From NCBI GenBank assembly GCA_964188305.1, contig OZ076899.1: a stretch of DNA of 64,000 bases; one strand, 5' to 3'. Positions 38,045 through 50,064 of the stretch are shown here, one piece after another (positions within the stretch are counted from its first letter, which is position 1; every line of letters begins with the position of its first letter). The position numbers were made by a program, and so were the translations under genes. The stretch comes from Podarcis bocagei. Lineage: Eukaryota. The notes under the pieces were generated by a model. The model searched no databases. It was not told the DNA's origin and saw only the letters and a program-made list of their open reading frames with translations.

Positions 38045-39266
38045 ATCTTAGGTCTCTGGTGTCCAGCATTACCCTGGCAAAATAGCCTTCATTGACAGAA
38101 GAGCATAATAAAATCCTCTTCCTGGGTCTCAGATGACTTCAAGAATTGCTGATTTACACTCTGGTGCTGAAACATCCTGCCATTTGTATCACTTTCAGGG
38201 GTAGATAAGGAGAGATGGAATGCAGCGTACGAGGGGGAAGACTCACAAATGCAGAACACACAAAATCAAGCCTAATATAGTCTAAAATGTTTTAATAATT
38301 AAAGTGAAACATTTAAACATTATTAAAATAATAAAAATATACACCCGGGGTCTCCAATTCTTATACCAGTCTCCCTTTGATCCTAACCTTATCAAGGATT
38401 GTAATCATACTTTATCAAAGTTACCAATCTACCAATTGGACTTCTTTACAAAACACACTTTTACAAGCATTGAATACCACAACATAGCAATATAATACAG
38501 AGAATGACTGAGAGGAAAACTAATACCCCCCCTTAAGGCTTTCTTGATCCAACTATCTGAGGAGACCAACCTCTTGGATTCCAATATGAGATTCCTTTTA
38601 ATCATTTATGGACTTTTAAGAACCTTGGGAGAAGTATTCTCTCTTGCTATAAACATGTTTGTCTATGCTTTACACTCAGCAGGAAGGTTTATTCATAAAG
38701 AAGCACAAAGTTTTATTGCTTTAGCTTTATTTTGTGTCCAGTGTCAAATTAGTCTTCTGGACCCCATCTCTTTGCTATTCCACAACAACACCCCATTAAT
38801 GAATTCTTGTTAAAGGGCTTTCATCAATCATCAGCAGCCTCCCAATTTGGCACAGATGTTGACACATCCAAACAGAAATGTCTTCACCCTTCTGGGAGGT
38901 TCTTAACTTGCTGTGAACTTCACTAAAGGGTGAATCGCTTTCCAACACTCCAGAGGGACACGAAAAGGCTAATTGCACCTTGGGTTCACTTGCCCAATCC
39001 AAAAGCAAAATCTAATTAGAATTTTTCTATAACCCCAAAATTTCAAGTCCAGAAACTAATTTGTTAAACAATTCCAGTAGGTGCATTTGTCCAAATTAAC
39101 TACTTTTACTCTATAAAGCACATACAGACTTCCTTCACACGTGCAGTGATTCCTGCTTAATCAAAGCATATATTTATGTGCCACTGTTAACTTGTTTCCC
39201 ACGGTGCTTCTCCTGAAACCATTGGATCAATAGGGAAGATTGGGACACATGTAGAGACAAAGAAAT

Positions 39267-39628
39267 TAAGAGAGTTTGTACTGGTCCAGTAAACGCTTCC
39301 GCTGCGCCACCAGCAACAGCTCTCTTTGCAGAGCATTAATTAAGTCCAGTGCAGAGATTCTTGTTGCAGTACAAGGCTTCAGAGTCTCAGCAGCAAAGAA
39401 ATAACGACACAGGGAAGCCTGTCTTTCCAAAGACAGGTTTATTGCAGAAAGATAACAGAAACACCTCCGGAGCTTTCGGACATTTTTGCTTCACGCCCCA
39501 ACACACAGAGAAAACAAACACTCTTTATATACTGAGCAACTTAACAACTTAACAACTTAACGAGCTTGACTACTTAAAGTTACATGACATTGCTAACTTG
39601 CCAGCGTCTTAGGTTTCAAACCCTAACA
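39267..39628 (-). repeat. Copia-B 3' LTR
   Basis: Minus-strand TATATAAA at 39524-39531 and AATAAA at 39438-39443. Confidence 0.95.
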
Positions 39629-39659
39629 CCCCCTCTCGCTGGCAATACAAAAAACAAAA

Positions 39660-42600
39660 TTACTTCAGACCCATTTCTTCACAAAAGTTTTCATGCCGCT
39701 GAAAACCAAGCGGTTTTGTAAAACCATCAGCTTGATTTTCATGACTGGGACAGTAATTTAATTTAACAATTCCTGCTTTTACCGTTTGACAAACATTTTG
39801 AAAGCGGATATCCAAATGTTTTGTACGACCTTTAAACTGCCCATTTTGTGCTAACTTAAGACACGGTTGATTATCACCCCATACAGTGATTGGAGTGATG
39901 GCCTTTTCATACATCTCTTGTGCCAAGCATTTGTAAAATTCTAGATCTCTACATAACTCAGATAAGGCACAGAACTCAGCTTCTGTTGACGACAAAGCAA
40001 TCAGGTTCTGTTTCTTGGATCTCCACCCAATCAGAGAGTTACCAAATTTTATTACACAACCAGACACTGATTTTCTATCCTTTAAATTTGCCCAATCACT
40101 ATCTGCCCAACAAGTAATCTGTGCTTGTCCTTCCGAAGATAATTCAAGGCAAAAATCTTTGGTGTATTGTAAATATCTTAACACTCTTTGAATTCCTTTC
40201 CATGCATTTACACTAGGTTTCGAAGCTTCTCTGCTGAGTAAGTTAACAGCGTAAGCAATATCTGGTCTACTCCATTGCGAAAGATGAAGTAAGCTTCCCA
40301 GTGCTGACTGAAAAATTTCAGCACGCTTGAATTCAGCACTATCCTTGAACTCATTGTCTTTTACAAAACCCATTTCCATTGGTGTTCTAACACCTGCACA
40401 CTCCGTCATGTTAAACTTTTTCAACATTTGCAATATCTTGCCTTTTTGATTCAGTAGAAAACTGCCATTTTTGGTCCTATCTATCTGAACACCAAGATAG
40501 ACCTTCACATCACCAAGATTCTTAACTTTGAAGTGTTTATTTAACTCTTTGGCTAGTTTTTTTACTTGTTCTTGTGTCTTTGAAGTATAAATCAGGTCAT
40601 CTACATAAACAAGCAAAGATTCTTGAGCATCTCCTGAACTTCTGAAATATAAGCAATTGTCAGCCTTGCTCCTGCTAAAACCAATGCCTACCAAAACGTC
40701 ATTCAAACACTCATTCCAATTATGAGCAGATTGCTTGAGTCCATAAATAGATTTATGTAGTTTCCATACCTGATTTGATTTACCAACTTTCAATCCTGGC
40801 GGTAGCTCCATATAGAGCTCTTCAGCCAAGTCTGAATGAAGATAAGCTGTAGAGACATCAAATTGATTCACTTTGAACCCTTTCTGAGCAGCAACTGCTA
40901 ATAGTGCCCGTAGGGTTTCACTCCTTGAAGTGGGTGCATAGACTTCGGAATAATGTAACCCCTTTCTTTGCGTAAAACCTCGAGCTACAAGTCTTGCTTT
41001 ATACTCTGGTTTCCCCATCGCTGTTGTCTTTATCCTGTACACCCACCTACAACTTACTGCCTTGGCACCTTCTGGCAGTTTGGTGATGGAAAACACACCC
41101 AGTTCCTTCATAGAATTCAACTCCTTTTGCATGGCCTCACGCCACCTACTGGCCTCCTCCTGGGGTAATTGCTCAACCTCCTCAAAACTTTCAGGTTCGC
41201 AATTTGCCAAACCAGCCCAAACACTAATAGCTTGGTACCTTTCAGGAGGTATACCTTTGTTGGTACGCTTAGAACGCCTTAACAGTTCCTGCGATGTTCC
41301 TTCAGTTTCCCCCTCTGACCCAGAATCACTAGTCGTCACCTGTTTGTCACTAGTAGTTGAAGAACTTTCTGATTCTGACTTTACACGTCTCTCTTGCTGT
41401 ACAGGTGAACTTTTAGAGCTAGAAGATTCTGACTTTACAGACTTGGGTGAACTAGGCGATTTCTCACCCTTGTCCTCAGACTTAAATTCCTCAGTCTGTT
41501 CTGGAACTAATACCTGCCCTGGGGCCTGAGTTTCATTGCTACTGTTCACCACATCAAATAGTATGTCAGGATTTCCATGAATTTTATTCCAACCATCCTG
41601 TTCACAAAATTCTGCACTTCTGCTGATTGTGATTTTCGTTTGATTGCCTTCTACATTCACAAATCTCCAACCTTTTGTGTTTGCTTGATAACCACAGAAA
41701 AACATTTCTTTAGACCTAGGATCGCCTTTCCTACGTTGTGCCCTAGGCACCAGCACATAAGCACGACATCCAAAAACTCTTAGATGATCAATTTTTGGTT
41801 TTTTCCCAAATAGCATGAAGTAAGGAGTGTTGCCTACTGTGCTATTGTACACTCTATTAAAAGTATAATTCGCATACAGTGCAGCCTCAGCCCAAAAACG
41901 CTGTGGAAGTCCAGAATCAAACAGCAAAGCAGCAATGGCTTCCTGTAATGTTCGAAATTTTCTTTCGGCAACTGCATTCTCCTGTGGTGAATAGGGATTG
42001 GTAAGTCTATGAACTATACCTTTCCTTTTTAACCACGTCTCCAGCGTGTGGTTCACAAATTCCCCACCACGATCTGATTGTATTTTACGTACCCTGGTGT
42101 CAAATTTACATTCGACTTCTTCAATCCAATCCATCAGGATGGAAGCTGCTTTTGATTTTTCTTTCAGAAAGAAAACCCAACTAGCCCTTGAAAAGTCATC
42201 CACCAAAATTTGCATAAATCTCGCACCTCCAAGCGATTTGACTGGCATAGGGCCACACACGTCTGTGTGCACAAGTTCAAAGGGTTTCTTGCTTACTCTA
42301 TCAGATCTAGGATAGTTACATGTCTTAACCTTAGCATGTTTACAAGCACAACAATCCAGAAAATTTGGACAGGGTTTAATGTTACACTCCTCAGCTAAAT
42401 CTGGCATCTTGCTTACATACTTAAAGCATATATGAGCTAACCTTCTGTGTAGTAGATGTGCACAACCTGTATGAGGAGCCTTATTTACACACTTAGCTTG
42501 CACTTCACCTGTTGAACATCTACCTGCTGCTAACTGCTCTTCATCCAAAACAAAAAGCCCATCCTCACAGGGAATTTTAACTAGCTCCTTTCCCTTTTTC

Positions 42601-43820
42601 GAAATGGTGCACACATCATTTTCAAACTCAACCTTAAAACCACTTTTTACCAGGCATGACACACTCAAAAGTCCATTCTTCATTCCTGGAAGAACAAAAA
42701 CAGGAAGGTTAGTTTGCAAACAGTTAACATAAATTGTGCCTTTAAGGTTCATTTCTCGTTTACTATTGTCTGCTATAGTCACGGTTTTTGCAACTGGCAA
42801 TGTCTTGCAGTTCATCAAGCAGCCACTAGATGTCGCTGGAACTAAACTGTGACTTGCTCCACTGTCAATTATCCACTTCAAGGTTTGTTGGCTCCTTTTA
42901 GGACTCTGTTGTGCTGCCATTGCAGATAGTCCCTTATCAGCACCTGCTCCCCCTCTGGATCGTTGATTCTTGTAGTTCTCACGTCGTCTTCCTCTGTAAC
43001 TCCGGAAACTGGCCTTGGACTGTTGAAATTCCTGTTGCTTTTCTGGACACTTTGCTATCAAATGAAACCTGCTGCCACATCGAAAACATGACTTGCTGGC
43101 CATAGCAGACACTTGTGAGGCTTCCTTACAGCTCTGCCTGCTAGCTTCCCCACGCTGGGAATTATCTGAACATCCAACCCTTGGGGTATTTGAATTATCA
43201 ATACGTTTTCGATGATGTTGATATTCTTGTTCACACAATCTACCAGTCACATAATTCATATTCAGCTGGTCCTCTGGCAAAACTTGTAAAGTTAGTACTA
43301 AGTTTTCAAACCCTGCATGCAGGCTGCTAAGCAGAGTATAAACTTTAATATTTTCAGGAAAATTCACACCTAAAGATGACAGTCGGTTGAAATACTCAGT
43401 CATCTGTGACGTGTGTTCAACCACACTATCCTCTGGCTTCAGTTTCAACTCATACAAAGCACGTATAATGTTCACCTTCTCTCCGGGCGTGGCTCTATGG
43501 TGAATTCGCCTAAGAGCTTCCCAAATTTCAAATGCAGTCCTTAAATTTTCCACATGAGGTAATTGGGAATCGTCTATCGATACCATCAACATGCATCTAG
43601 CTTTAGTGTCCATTTTATCATGTTCCCTGTTCTGGGCATGTGCAGCAGCCTGTTGCTCTGCTGTGGCATCTGCTGCAACAGCCACAAACGGCTTTCGCCT
43701 CTGGACATAGTCAGCCCACACTTCTTTGGCTTCCAACCAGACTTGAGCCCTCTTAGACCACTGCACGTAATTAGCAGAGTTCAACTTTGTAAAGGGAACC
43801 TGGAAATTTTCCACTGCCAT
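39660..43820 (-). CDS. Copia-B Gag-Pol polyprotein (1386 aa; Gag, protease, integrase, RT, RNase H)
   Basis: Single ORF with CFRCGSRFHLIAKC, WIIDSGASH, HTDVCGP/SDRGGEF/AER, YKARLVARG, LLVYVDD, ADSDWA, ADGFTK. Confidence 0.97.
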   Translation of the reverse strand: MAVENFQVPFTKLNSANYVQWSKRAQVWLEAKEVWADYVQRRKPFVAVAADATAEQQAAAHAQNREHDKMDTKARCMLMVSIDDSQLPHVENLRTAFEIWEALRRIHHRATPGEKVNIIRALYELKLKPEDSVVEHTSQMTEYFNRLSSLGVNFPENIKVYTLLSSLHAGFENLVLTLQVLPEDQLNMNYVTGRLCEQEYQHHRKRIDNSNTPRVGCSDNSQRGEASRQSCKEASQVSAMASKSCFRCGSRFHLIAKCPEKQQEFQQSKASFRSYRGRRRENYKNQRSRGGAGADKGLSAMAAQQSPKRSQQTLKWIIDSGASHSLVPATSSGCLMNCKTLPVAKTVTIADNSKREMNLKGTIYVNCLQTNLPVFVLPGMKNGLLSVSCLVKSGFKVEFENDVCTISKKGKELVKIPCEDGLFVLDEEQLAAGRCSTGEVQAKCVNKAPHTGCAHLLHRRLAHICFKYVSKMPDLAEECNIKPCPNFLDCCACKHAKVKTCNYPRSDRVSKKPFELVHTDVCGPMPVKSLGGARFMQILVDDFSRASWVFFLKEKSKAASILMDWIEEVECKFDTRVRKIQSDRGGEFVNHTLETWLKRKGIVHRLTNPYSPQENAVAERKFRTLQEAIAALLFDSGLPQRFWAEAALYANYTFNRVYNSTVGNTPYFMLFGKKPKIDHLRVFGCRAYVLVPRAQRRKGDPRSKEMFFCGYQANTKGWRFVNVEGNQTKITISRSAEFCEQDGWNKIHGNPDILFDVVNSSNETQAPGQVLVPEQTEEFKSEDKGEKSPSSPKSVKSESSSSKSSPVQQERRVKSESESSSTTSDKQVTTSDSGSEGETEGTSQELLRRSKRTNKGIPPERYQAISVWAGLANCEPESFEEVEQLPQEEASRWREAMQKELNSMKELGVFSITKLPEGAKAVSCRWVYRIKTTAMGKPEYKARLVARGFTQRKGLHYSEVYAPTSRSETLRALLAVAAQKGFKVNQFDVSTAYLHSDLAEELYMELPPGLKVGKSNQVWKLHKSIYGLKQSAHNWNECLNDVLVGIGFSRSKADNCLYFRSSGDAQESLLVYVDDLIYTSKTQEQVKKLAKELNKHFKVKNLGDVKVYLGVQIDRTKNGSFLLNQKGKILQMLKKFNMTECAGVRTPMEMGFVKDNEFKDSAEFKRAEIFQSALGSLLHLSQWSRPDIAYAVNLLSREASKPSVNAWKGIQRVLRYLQYTKDFCLELSSEGQAQITCWADSDWANLKDRKSVSGCVIKFGNSLIGWRSKKQNLIALSSTEAEFCALSELCRDLEFYKCLAQEMYEKAITPITVWGDNQPCLKLAQNGQFKGRTKHLDIRFQNVCQTVKAGIVKLNYCPSHENQADGFTKPLGFQRHENFCEEMGLK

Positions 43821-44027
43821 TCTTGGGGTCTGCTGCTACTCCCTCTGTGTGCCCTTTCTTCTCTTTCCCCTTGGGATTTGTCTTACTCACTTTTCAGACG
43901 CCTCCAGCCTCCTCTGAAGCCTTTAAGAGCTGGATTTACGACCAAGCCGGTCTTCTCTCATCCAAAAGCTGCTTTCACTTTCTCTGCACACAATACAGCT
44001 GTAGAAACGTAGAAAGAGTCCATAACC

Positions 44028-44389
44028 TAAGAGAGTTTGTACTGGTCCAGTAAACGCTTCCGCTGCGCCACCAGCAACAGCTCTCTTTGCAGAGCATTAA
44101 TTAAGTCCAGTGCAGAGATTCTTGTTGCAGTACAAGGCTTCAGAGTCTCAGCAGCAAAGAAATAACGACACAGTGAAGCCTGTCTTTCCAAAGACAGGTT
44201 TATTGCAGAAAGATAACAGAAACACCTCCGGAGCTTTCGGACATTTTTGCTTCACGCCCCAACACACAGAGAAAACAAACACTCTTTATATACTGAGCAA
44301 CTTAACAACTTAACAACTTAACGAGCTTGACTACTTAAAGTTACATGACATTGCTAACTTGCCAGCGTCTTAGGTTTCAAACCCTAACA
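44028..44389 (-). repeat. Copia-B 5' LTR
   Basis: Direct repeat of 39267-39628; abuts PBS. Confidence 0.95.
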
Positions 44390-46074
44390 GAAATGCGGTC
44401 ACCAATTGACCTATTTTGAATTTTGGATTTCACAAAAACCTGATCTATTCAAAGACATAAAACACATGGGTAAACTTTCATACCTACTTTTAAATAATCT
44501 GGTACAATTTCAGCAATCATAATACTCAGCAATTGCTTTTTGGCAGTGATCCAAACCTACGTACAGATTTTCATTTTCCAATGGATATTCTCAGTACCTC
44601 AAACATGCAAATGATATCATACAAACAATTACATGGGAATCACAACACAATTAAATACATCAATTTACAGTTCCAACTACATTCAAACTACCATATAACA
44701 CAAAATACCAATTCTATATTTAGTTATTTATGAAAATCTATTGGTCTTCTTGCTGCTTTCACAAAGATCTTCACTCTCCAGGAGCTTCAACTCCTGTAGT
44801 CCAAAAATTATCTTTGCAAGTCACCTTCTTCCAGGCCCCATTTGCCTGCAGCCCCACAAGTCTTGGTTTGATGCAGATGAAAATAAATGGCTGTTGCTAC
44901 TTTGCTGTTATCTGGGAAGCCGTAAGCATACAATAAACACATTATTCTAAGTGATTTCCTGGCAGATTTCTTCCATTAACCTGGAGGGTTGAGATGCATT
45001 TCTGGAGCACCTAAGTCTGCAGAGAGAACAAAACTGCATCTGGGACTGAAAACATAGTTAGCATGGGAGGGGGTTAAAAAATGACAAACAGGTAAAGGGT
45101 TTTCCAAAATGACGATCCTTTTTTTTTGTAAACCATGTAAAGTTTTTAAGTTAGAAAATTTATTCAGCCTAGTTTATTTATAACTGTTCCTGTTATCTGC
45201 TTAATTTCCTTTAGCTAGTTGGCAGTAGGAGGGAAGAGAAAGAGAATCTTTTTGTTAATTCAAATACAATAGAAAACATTTTGCTATAGGGAGCAGTAAG
45301 AGTTTCCAGACACCCCCATTACCTGCAGAAAGCAAAATTATTATGGAAGAAAAAACTCTTACAGTTATGGGCAGTTATTTTTACACCAGGATAACTTATT
45401 TCCATCACGGGTTTATTCATACGAATTTTAGCAGTGACAGGTTTATTAGAAACAAAGTTTATTATTTATTCTCACATAATTAATCCGAACCATGTGGGTT
45501 CAAAATTAGAATTGAAAATTAATACTTTTTTAAAAAAATCAACTCTCCATTACTGAGTTGATGCACATGTTATTTACATGTACATGTTTGGATGTTGAAC
45601 CAACTTCCAGGCTTTCTGCCATATAAACACAAGTGTTCTAAAGGTGGAGTCTCAAGCCCCATGACTTCAAGCACATAATTAAATGAATTATTTACCATTT
45701 CCGTATTGAGATTTCCGTTTTGAATTTTCAGTTTTCAAACGTTTTGGAACTTGAACGGTCTTCTGAGATCAGGATCCTTAGATTATGACAGACAGCTAAT
45801 CAGATGTTGCAAAACAGCGGCCCTTAGTGTCTGGAACACGCAATAAACAGGGAAGTTACTGCAATGCCCCTGCAGGACAGGCAGCTCAGCCTTGCGCAGT
45901 TCACTGGGTGCCTCCAGTGCTGTGCATGACAAATCAACAATGGGAGTAGAGTTCATAAAATTTATCCATTCTGGTTTTGATTGCTTAAAAGTGATACAAT
46001 GTCTGTTTTGAACTTGGCTAAGTAGAAAATACATACAAACCTTCAGAAATTAATAGAAAATCACTGGTCTAACC

Positions 46075-46518
46075 CATGGGTAGGCAAACTAAGGCCCATG
46101 GGCCGGATCAGGCCCAATTGCCTTCTGGATTCAGCTCACGGACGGTCCGGGAATCGCTGCATGGATCGCCAGCGTGCGTGTTCTTTCCCTCTCCCTCACA
46201 CGGCGGTGGCACCACCGCCTCCTCCCTCCCTCCTCCTGGCTTCTCCCCGCCCTGCCCAGAGGAGGAAGGGGGCTGGGCTTTGTTGGTGCCAGCAACAGCA
46301 GCGGCTGCCATTTTAAGCAGCCCCTCTCCGGAGTCCTTTCACACGCCGCTCATTGTCCCTCCGCCGTCAGCCCCTGCCGCTCGCAAGACACAGGTAAGCA
46401 GTCATCGGGGCTGGTGGTGCTCTTGCATCATTCCCCCCCCAAAAAATATAGTCCGGCCCCCCACAAAGTCTGAGGGACAGTGGACTGGCCCCCTGCTGAA
46501 AGAGTTTGCTGGCCCCTG
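46075..46518. mobile_element. hAT MITE related to 1653-1891 (opposite orientation)
   Basis: catgggtaggcaaac...gtttgctggcccctg; TSD GTCTAACC/GTTTAACC. Confidence 0.82.
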
Positions 46519-48985
46519 GTTTAACCAATCCCCTCTGTTCCAAAGCGTACAGTCACATTCTCCTTATATAGACATTAACACAATAGGAGACAGGAGGCTA
46601 CTCCCAATGACCCAGACAGAAACCCATTGGTAGAGTGGATTGAGACCAGGTACTTTCAAAGCCTGAAAACAGGAAAGTCCAGAGTCCAGAGGACAAGTGT
46701 AAATAGTTTAATTGTTCTTAGGGAATCAGGTACTTAGAAGGTGTGGGGAATAGGGGTGATTGATTGACAGGGGTGGGTGACAGGCTCATGTTTCCACATG
46801 CCAACCACTCCTTCTTTATGACAAATTTGTGATGTACTGATAATGCTGTTGGAAGTGTATGATGGGAAAGGGGCGAGAAATTTGTAAAGTCTGTACAATC
46901 CCTTGCTTGGGGTTCTTACTCACTGTGTGTTTTGAACCTTGTTGCAACAATAAAGATTGGGTCTATTGACTGCCGTTTTGCTTCTTCTAACTTGACTAGA
47001 GACTCTTTCTTTGCTGACCGGAGGGACCCGCGGGGAGTGGCACCCTGACAAGCTGGGCAGCGGAGCAATCCCACATCCCAGGTTTTGTTTTTCCTTATCA
47101 CCAGAAACATACCTCTGAGCTGTCACAGCATCTTGTGAATTTTACTTCTGCAGGTTAGTTCTTCTGTGGGGAAAATACACTTTCAGGCATGGATCTGGGC
47201 CACGCTTGTTTTCTCCTACAAGGCAGAGGTCCAGCACCCAAGAGCAAAATAAAAACTTAAGGAAAAGGAGGGAGAATAACGAAACAGGGCACCTCTCAGT
47301 TTATCTTAGCCTGGGAATTTGTTTTTAGTTCCATAACTGATGTCACATTCCTTTCATACAAAAATCTATTCCTGGTTTCCCTTAAAGTTGCTTCTTTTAA
47401 GCAGCCTAATTTGGACTGAGGGGGTGGGGAGTTATTACTGTTGTTAAACAATTGAGAATCGGGAACCTTGATGATTCTACTGCAAATCACTAAAAGATAT
47501 ACCAAGAGCATGATCTACCTTCTGCCTGCCCCTGAGTATATTATATTGTGCCATTGTTTTGTTTTACTGCATTGCTATATTTAATCCTGCTGATTGCTTT
47601 GTTGTGCTTTTTAAAAGTTGCAAAAGTTTTAAATAAATATTAACAACAGCACACGGTCCTGTTGAAGGTCCTGGGGTTGGCAGATTGACACATATATAAA
47701 AAAACATATTCTTTCTCTCCTTAACATACATCCAAGATTCTGGGTTTGCAGAACAGAAGGTTTCTCTTCAACAATTCCGCAACTTACCATTCATATTCTG
47801 ATTTAAATTACTATTTGTTGAGACAGGAAAAAATACAGAGTATAACGTATAGCATGAAAATGTCAATTTTATTCAGATTTAAACGATTTTTAAAATAGAT
47901 AATTCAAAAACGCAAAAACCAGGTAACCAACTGGAATGTCTTAAGTTGTATCTAATTGTCTGTGCAAAGTTTTACAGGAAAAATTATTCAAATCTATACA
48001 TATTTGCTGTTTTCATTTGTCCTCTCACGGTTATAGTTTTTACAATACCAATAAACTGTATTTTATTGTTTATAAAGCTCTAAATGAACTTTCTCCTAAT
48101 ATTTATGGCTGCATATGTGTTAGATTGATAACTAAAATACATGTATTTCTTTCCCCTCACAATTCTGTTGAAGAAATACCTGGAAATGCTTATTCATTAT
48201 CATTAGCTTTGTGTAAACAGGACGAGATTTAGCTGCCATTTGATTTTGAATTTTACAGCAGTTATACTTCATTAACAAAGTTGAGTCAAAAGAGCCTCCA
48301 GTAAGCTCTTTTGCAAGATGTTGCAAATCAAGGTGCACAGCTGGTGGGTAAACACTGTCGCTTGATAACAATTTATTATTTTTCTTATAATGGAACTTTA
48401 TTATCACTGAAGGAAAAAAAATGCTCAGCTCTAGTTTTGTGAAGTGTTTCCTCTGCGATGTTTTCTTCACAACCTGATGGTATAACACGATTCTACCTTC
48501 TGTATTATCAGGGGCCCACTCTGCTCTCCAGATAACGACCCTGAAAAGTGTGTTCTGCTGCACAAACAAGAACATAAACTGGGCTGTAAGGTACTTGTAG
48601 TATTTTCTGGGCTGCTGCAGGACTGGATTGTACCAACAACAGGGCAGAGCAGTCTCAAAGCACTGAAGCAAAGAGCTTTTAATTTGACTGGGCCCCACTG
48701 AGAAGTAAGCTGGTTTTAAAATCTGCACACGCAGAGTGTAAGAGCAGTTTATGCATTCCAACCTATGGATATGAGCCAATTCTTGAGCAAGCACCATTGA
48801 AAGTAATGGGGGTCCCAGACAACTGTCCCTCTGCAGCTCATGACTCTCTCCTAGAGAATCCATAGCATAGATACTGTTGGTGGGACTTGCCTGTTTCCTT
48901 AAAAGGAACCAAGTTTCTCAAGTGGGAGCTCAGGCCATAGCCAATTGTGGAGAATGGTTGGTACCTTCCGATTTCCCCTGCAACG

Positions 48986-49223
48986 CATAGCTGTCAACTT
49001 ACAGATTTGAAAATAAGGGACCAGCAGTCTCGAAAATAAGGGATCAGCAGCCAAAATAAAGGATTTTCCGGGCACAGGTATGTTCAGCTTCTGAGCCCCT
49101 CCGAGCCAAAGGCAGAAAGCCCAGCCAGCAGCCAAATGAAGCCTCATCTGTAAGGGACAGCAGCGGGACATGGCGCTGGGATAAGGGACTCTCCCGCCAA
49201 ATAAGGGACGCTTGACAGCTATG
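48986..49223. mobile_element. MITE, probably hAT/Tip100-like
   Basis: TIR catagctgtcaa / ttgacagctatg; repeated ATAAGGGA sub-terminal motifs; TSD unclear. Confidence 0.7.
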
Positions 49224-49822
49224 CCTGCGAGAGTAAAACAGAGCAAGTCAGACTGCTCTGTGCCATCCTGCTGGTGCAAGAAGGAAGCAAAATGAAGGGC
49301 AGTCGTGGGCAGAGCAGCCCACGGCCCCACAACCAGTTGTGATGGCTCTCATATTCTTCCAAGTGCCTGGTGGGTTGCCAAGTTGGAGGTGAAAGTTGTG
49401 GGCAGAGCGGAGTTTGGTGCATAAGCAGCGAGTGAGGCTGGACATACACACTTGGATTGTGGGAAGGCGCTGCCCTCTGAGACTCACTGGCTCTGTGCTC
49501 CACAAGAGGGAGACAGGCCTGCTGCCACCCCTCTCTCCCTTCTAGGGGTTGGCCAGCTGGGCCTCTACAAAGGGTGCAGGCCCAGGAGGATGCAAAAATA
49601 AAAGCTCTCCACTATAGCTCAGAGTGGCTAGGAGCCTGCCTGCACATGCACACACTCCCTAGTCTGCTCCTAATCTGGAGGAAGGCACAAGGGACAAGGG
49701 CGGGGTGTGTGTGCTGATACAGCTCCCTGCCAAGGGTGCAAGGGAGCCTAGGTATGCCTCTGCTTCTGGAGCAAGTGTTTCATGCATTTTGGAGACTCCA
49801 TCACTGGAATCTAAAAGGAATA

Positions 49823-50064
49823 CAGCGGTACCTCGGGTTAAGTACTTAATTTGTTCCGGAGGTCCGTACTTAACCTGAAACTGTTCTTAACCTGAAGCAC
49901 CACTTTAGCTAATGGGGCCTCCTGCTGCCGCCACGCCGCCAGAGCACGATTTCTGTTCTCATCCTGAAGCAAAGTTCTTAACCTGAAACACTATTTCTGG
50001 GTTAGCGGCGTCTGTAACCTGAAGCGTATGTAACCCGAAGCATATGTAACCCGAGGTACCACTG
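49823..50064. mobile_element. Tc1/mariner-type MITE
   Basis: TA-flanked TIR cagcggtacctcgggtta / taacccgaggtaccactg. Confidence 0.88.

Larger units (their letters stand above)
39267..44389 (-). mobile_element. Ty1/copia LTR retrotransposon 'Copia-B', full-length and intact
   Basis: 362-bp LTRs 39267-39628 and 44028-44389 with one mismatch seen (39413 G / 44174 T); TSD GAAAT (39262-39266, 44390-44394); PBS GGTTATGGAC; PPT GAGAGGGGG (39629-39637). Confidence 0.97.

Noticed and set aside
39349-39552. Duplicated 67-aa ORF (also 44110-44313)
   Set aside because: Antisense reading of the two Copia-B LTRs.
43773-43780. AGCAGAGT (tRNA-iMet nt 1-8) within Copia-B gag
   Set aside because: A single 8-mer in 5 kb of coding sequence is compatible with chance.
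48132-48863. 243-aa ORF
   Set aside because: No recognisable domain; composition looks like translated non-coding DNA.
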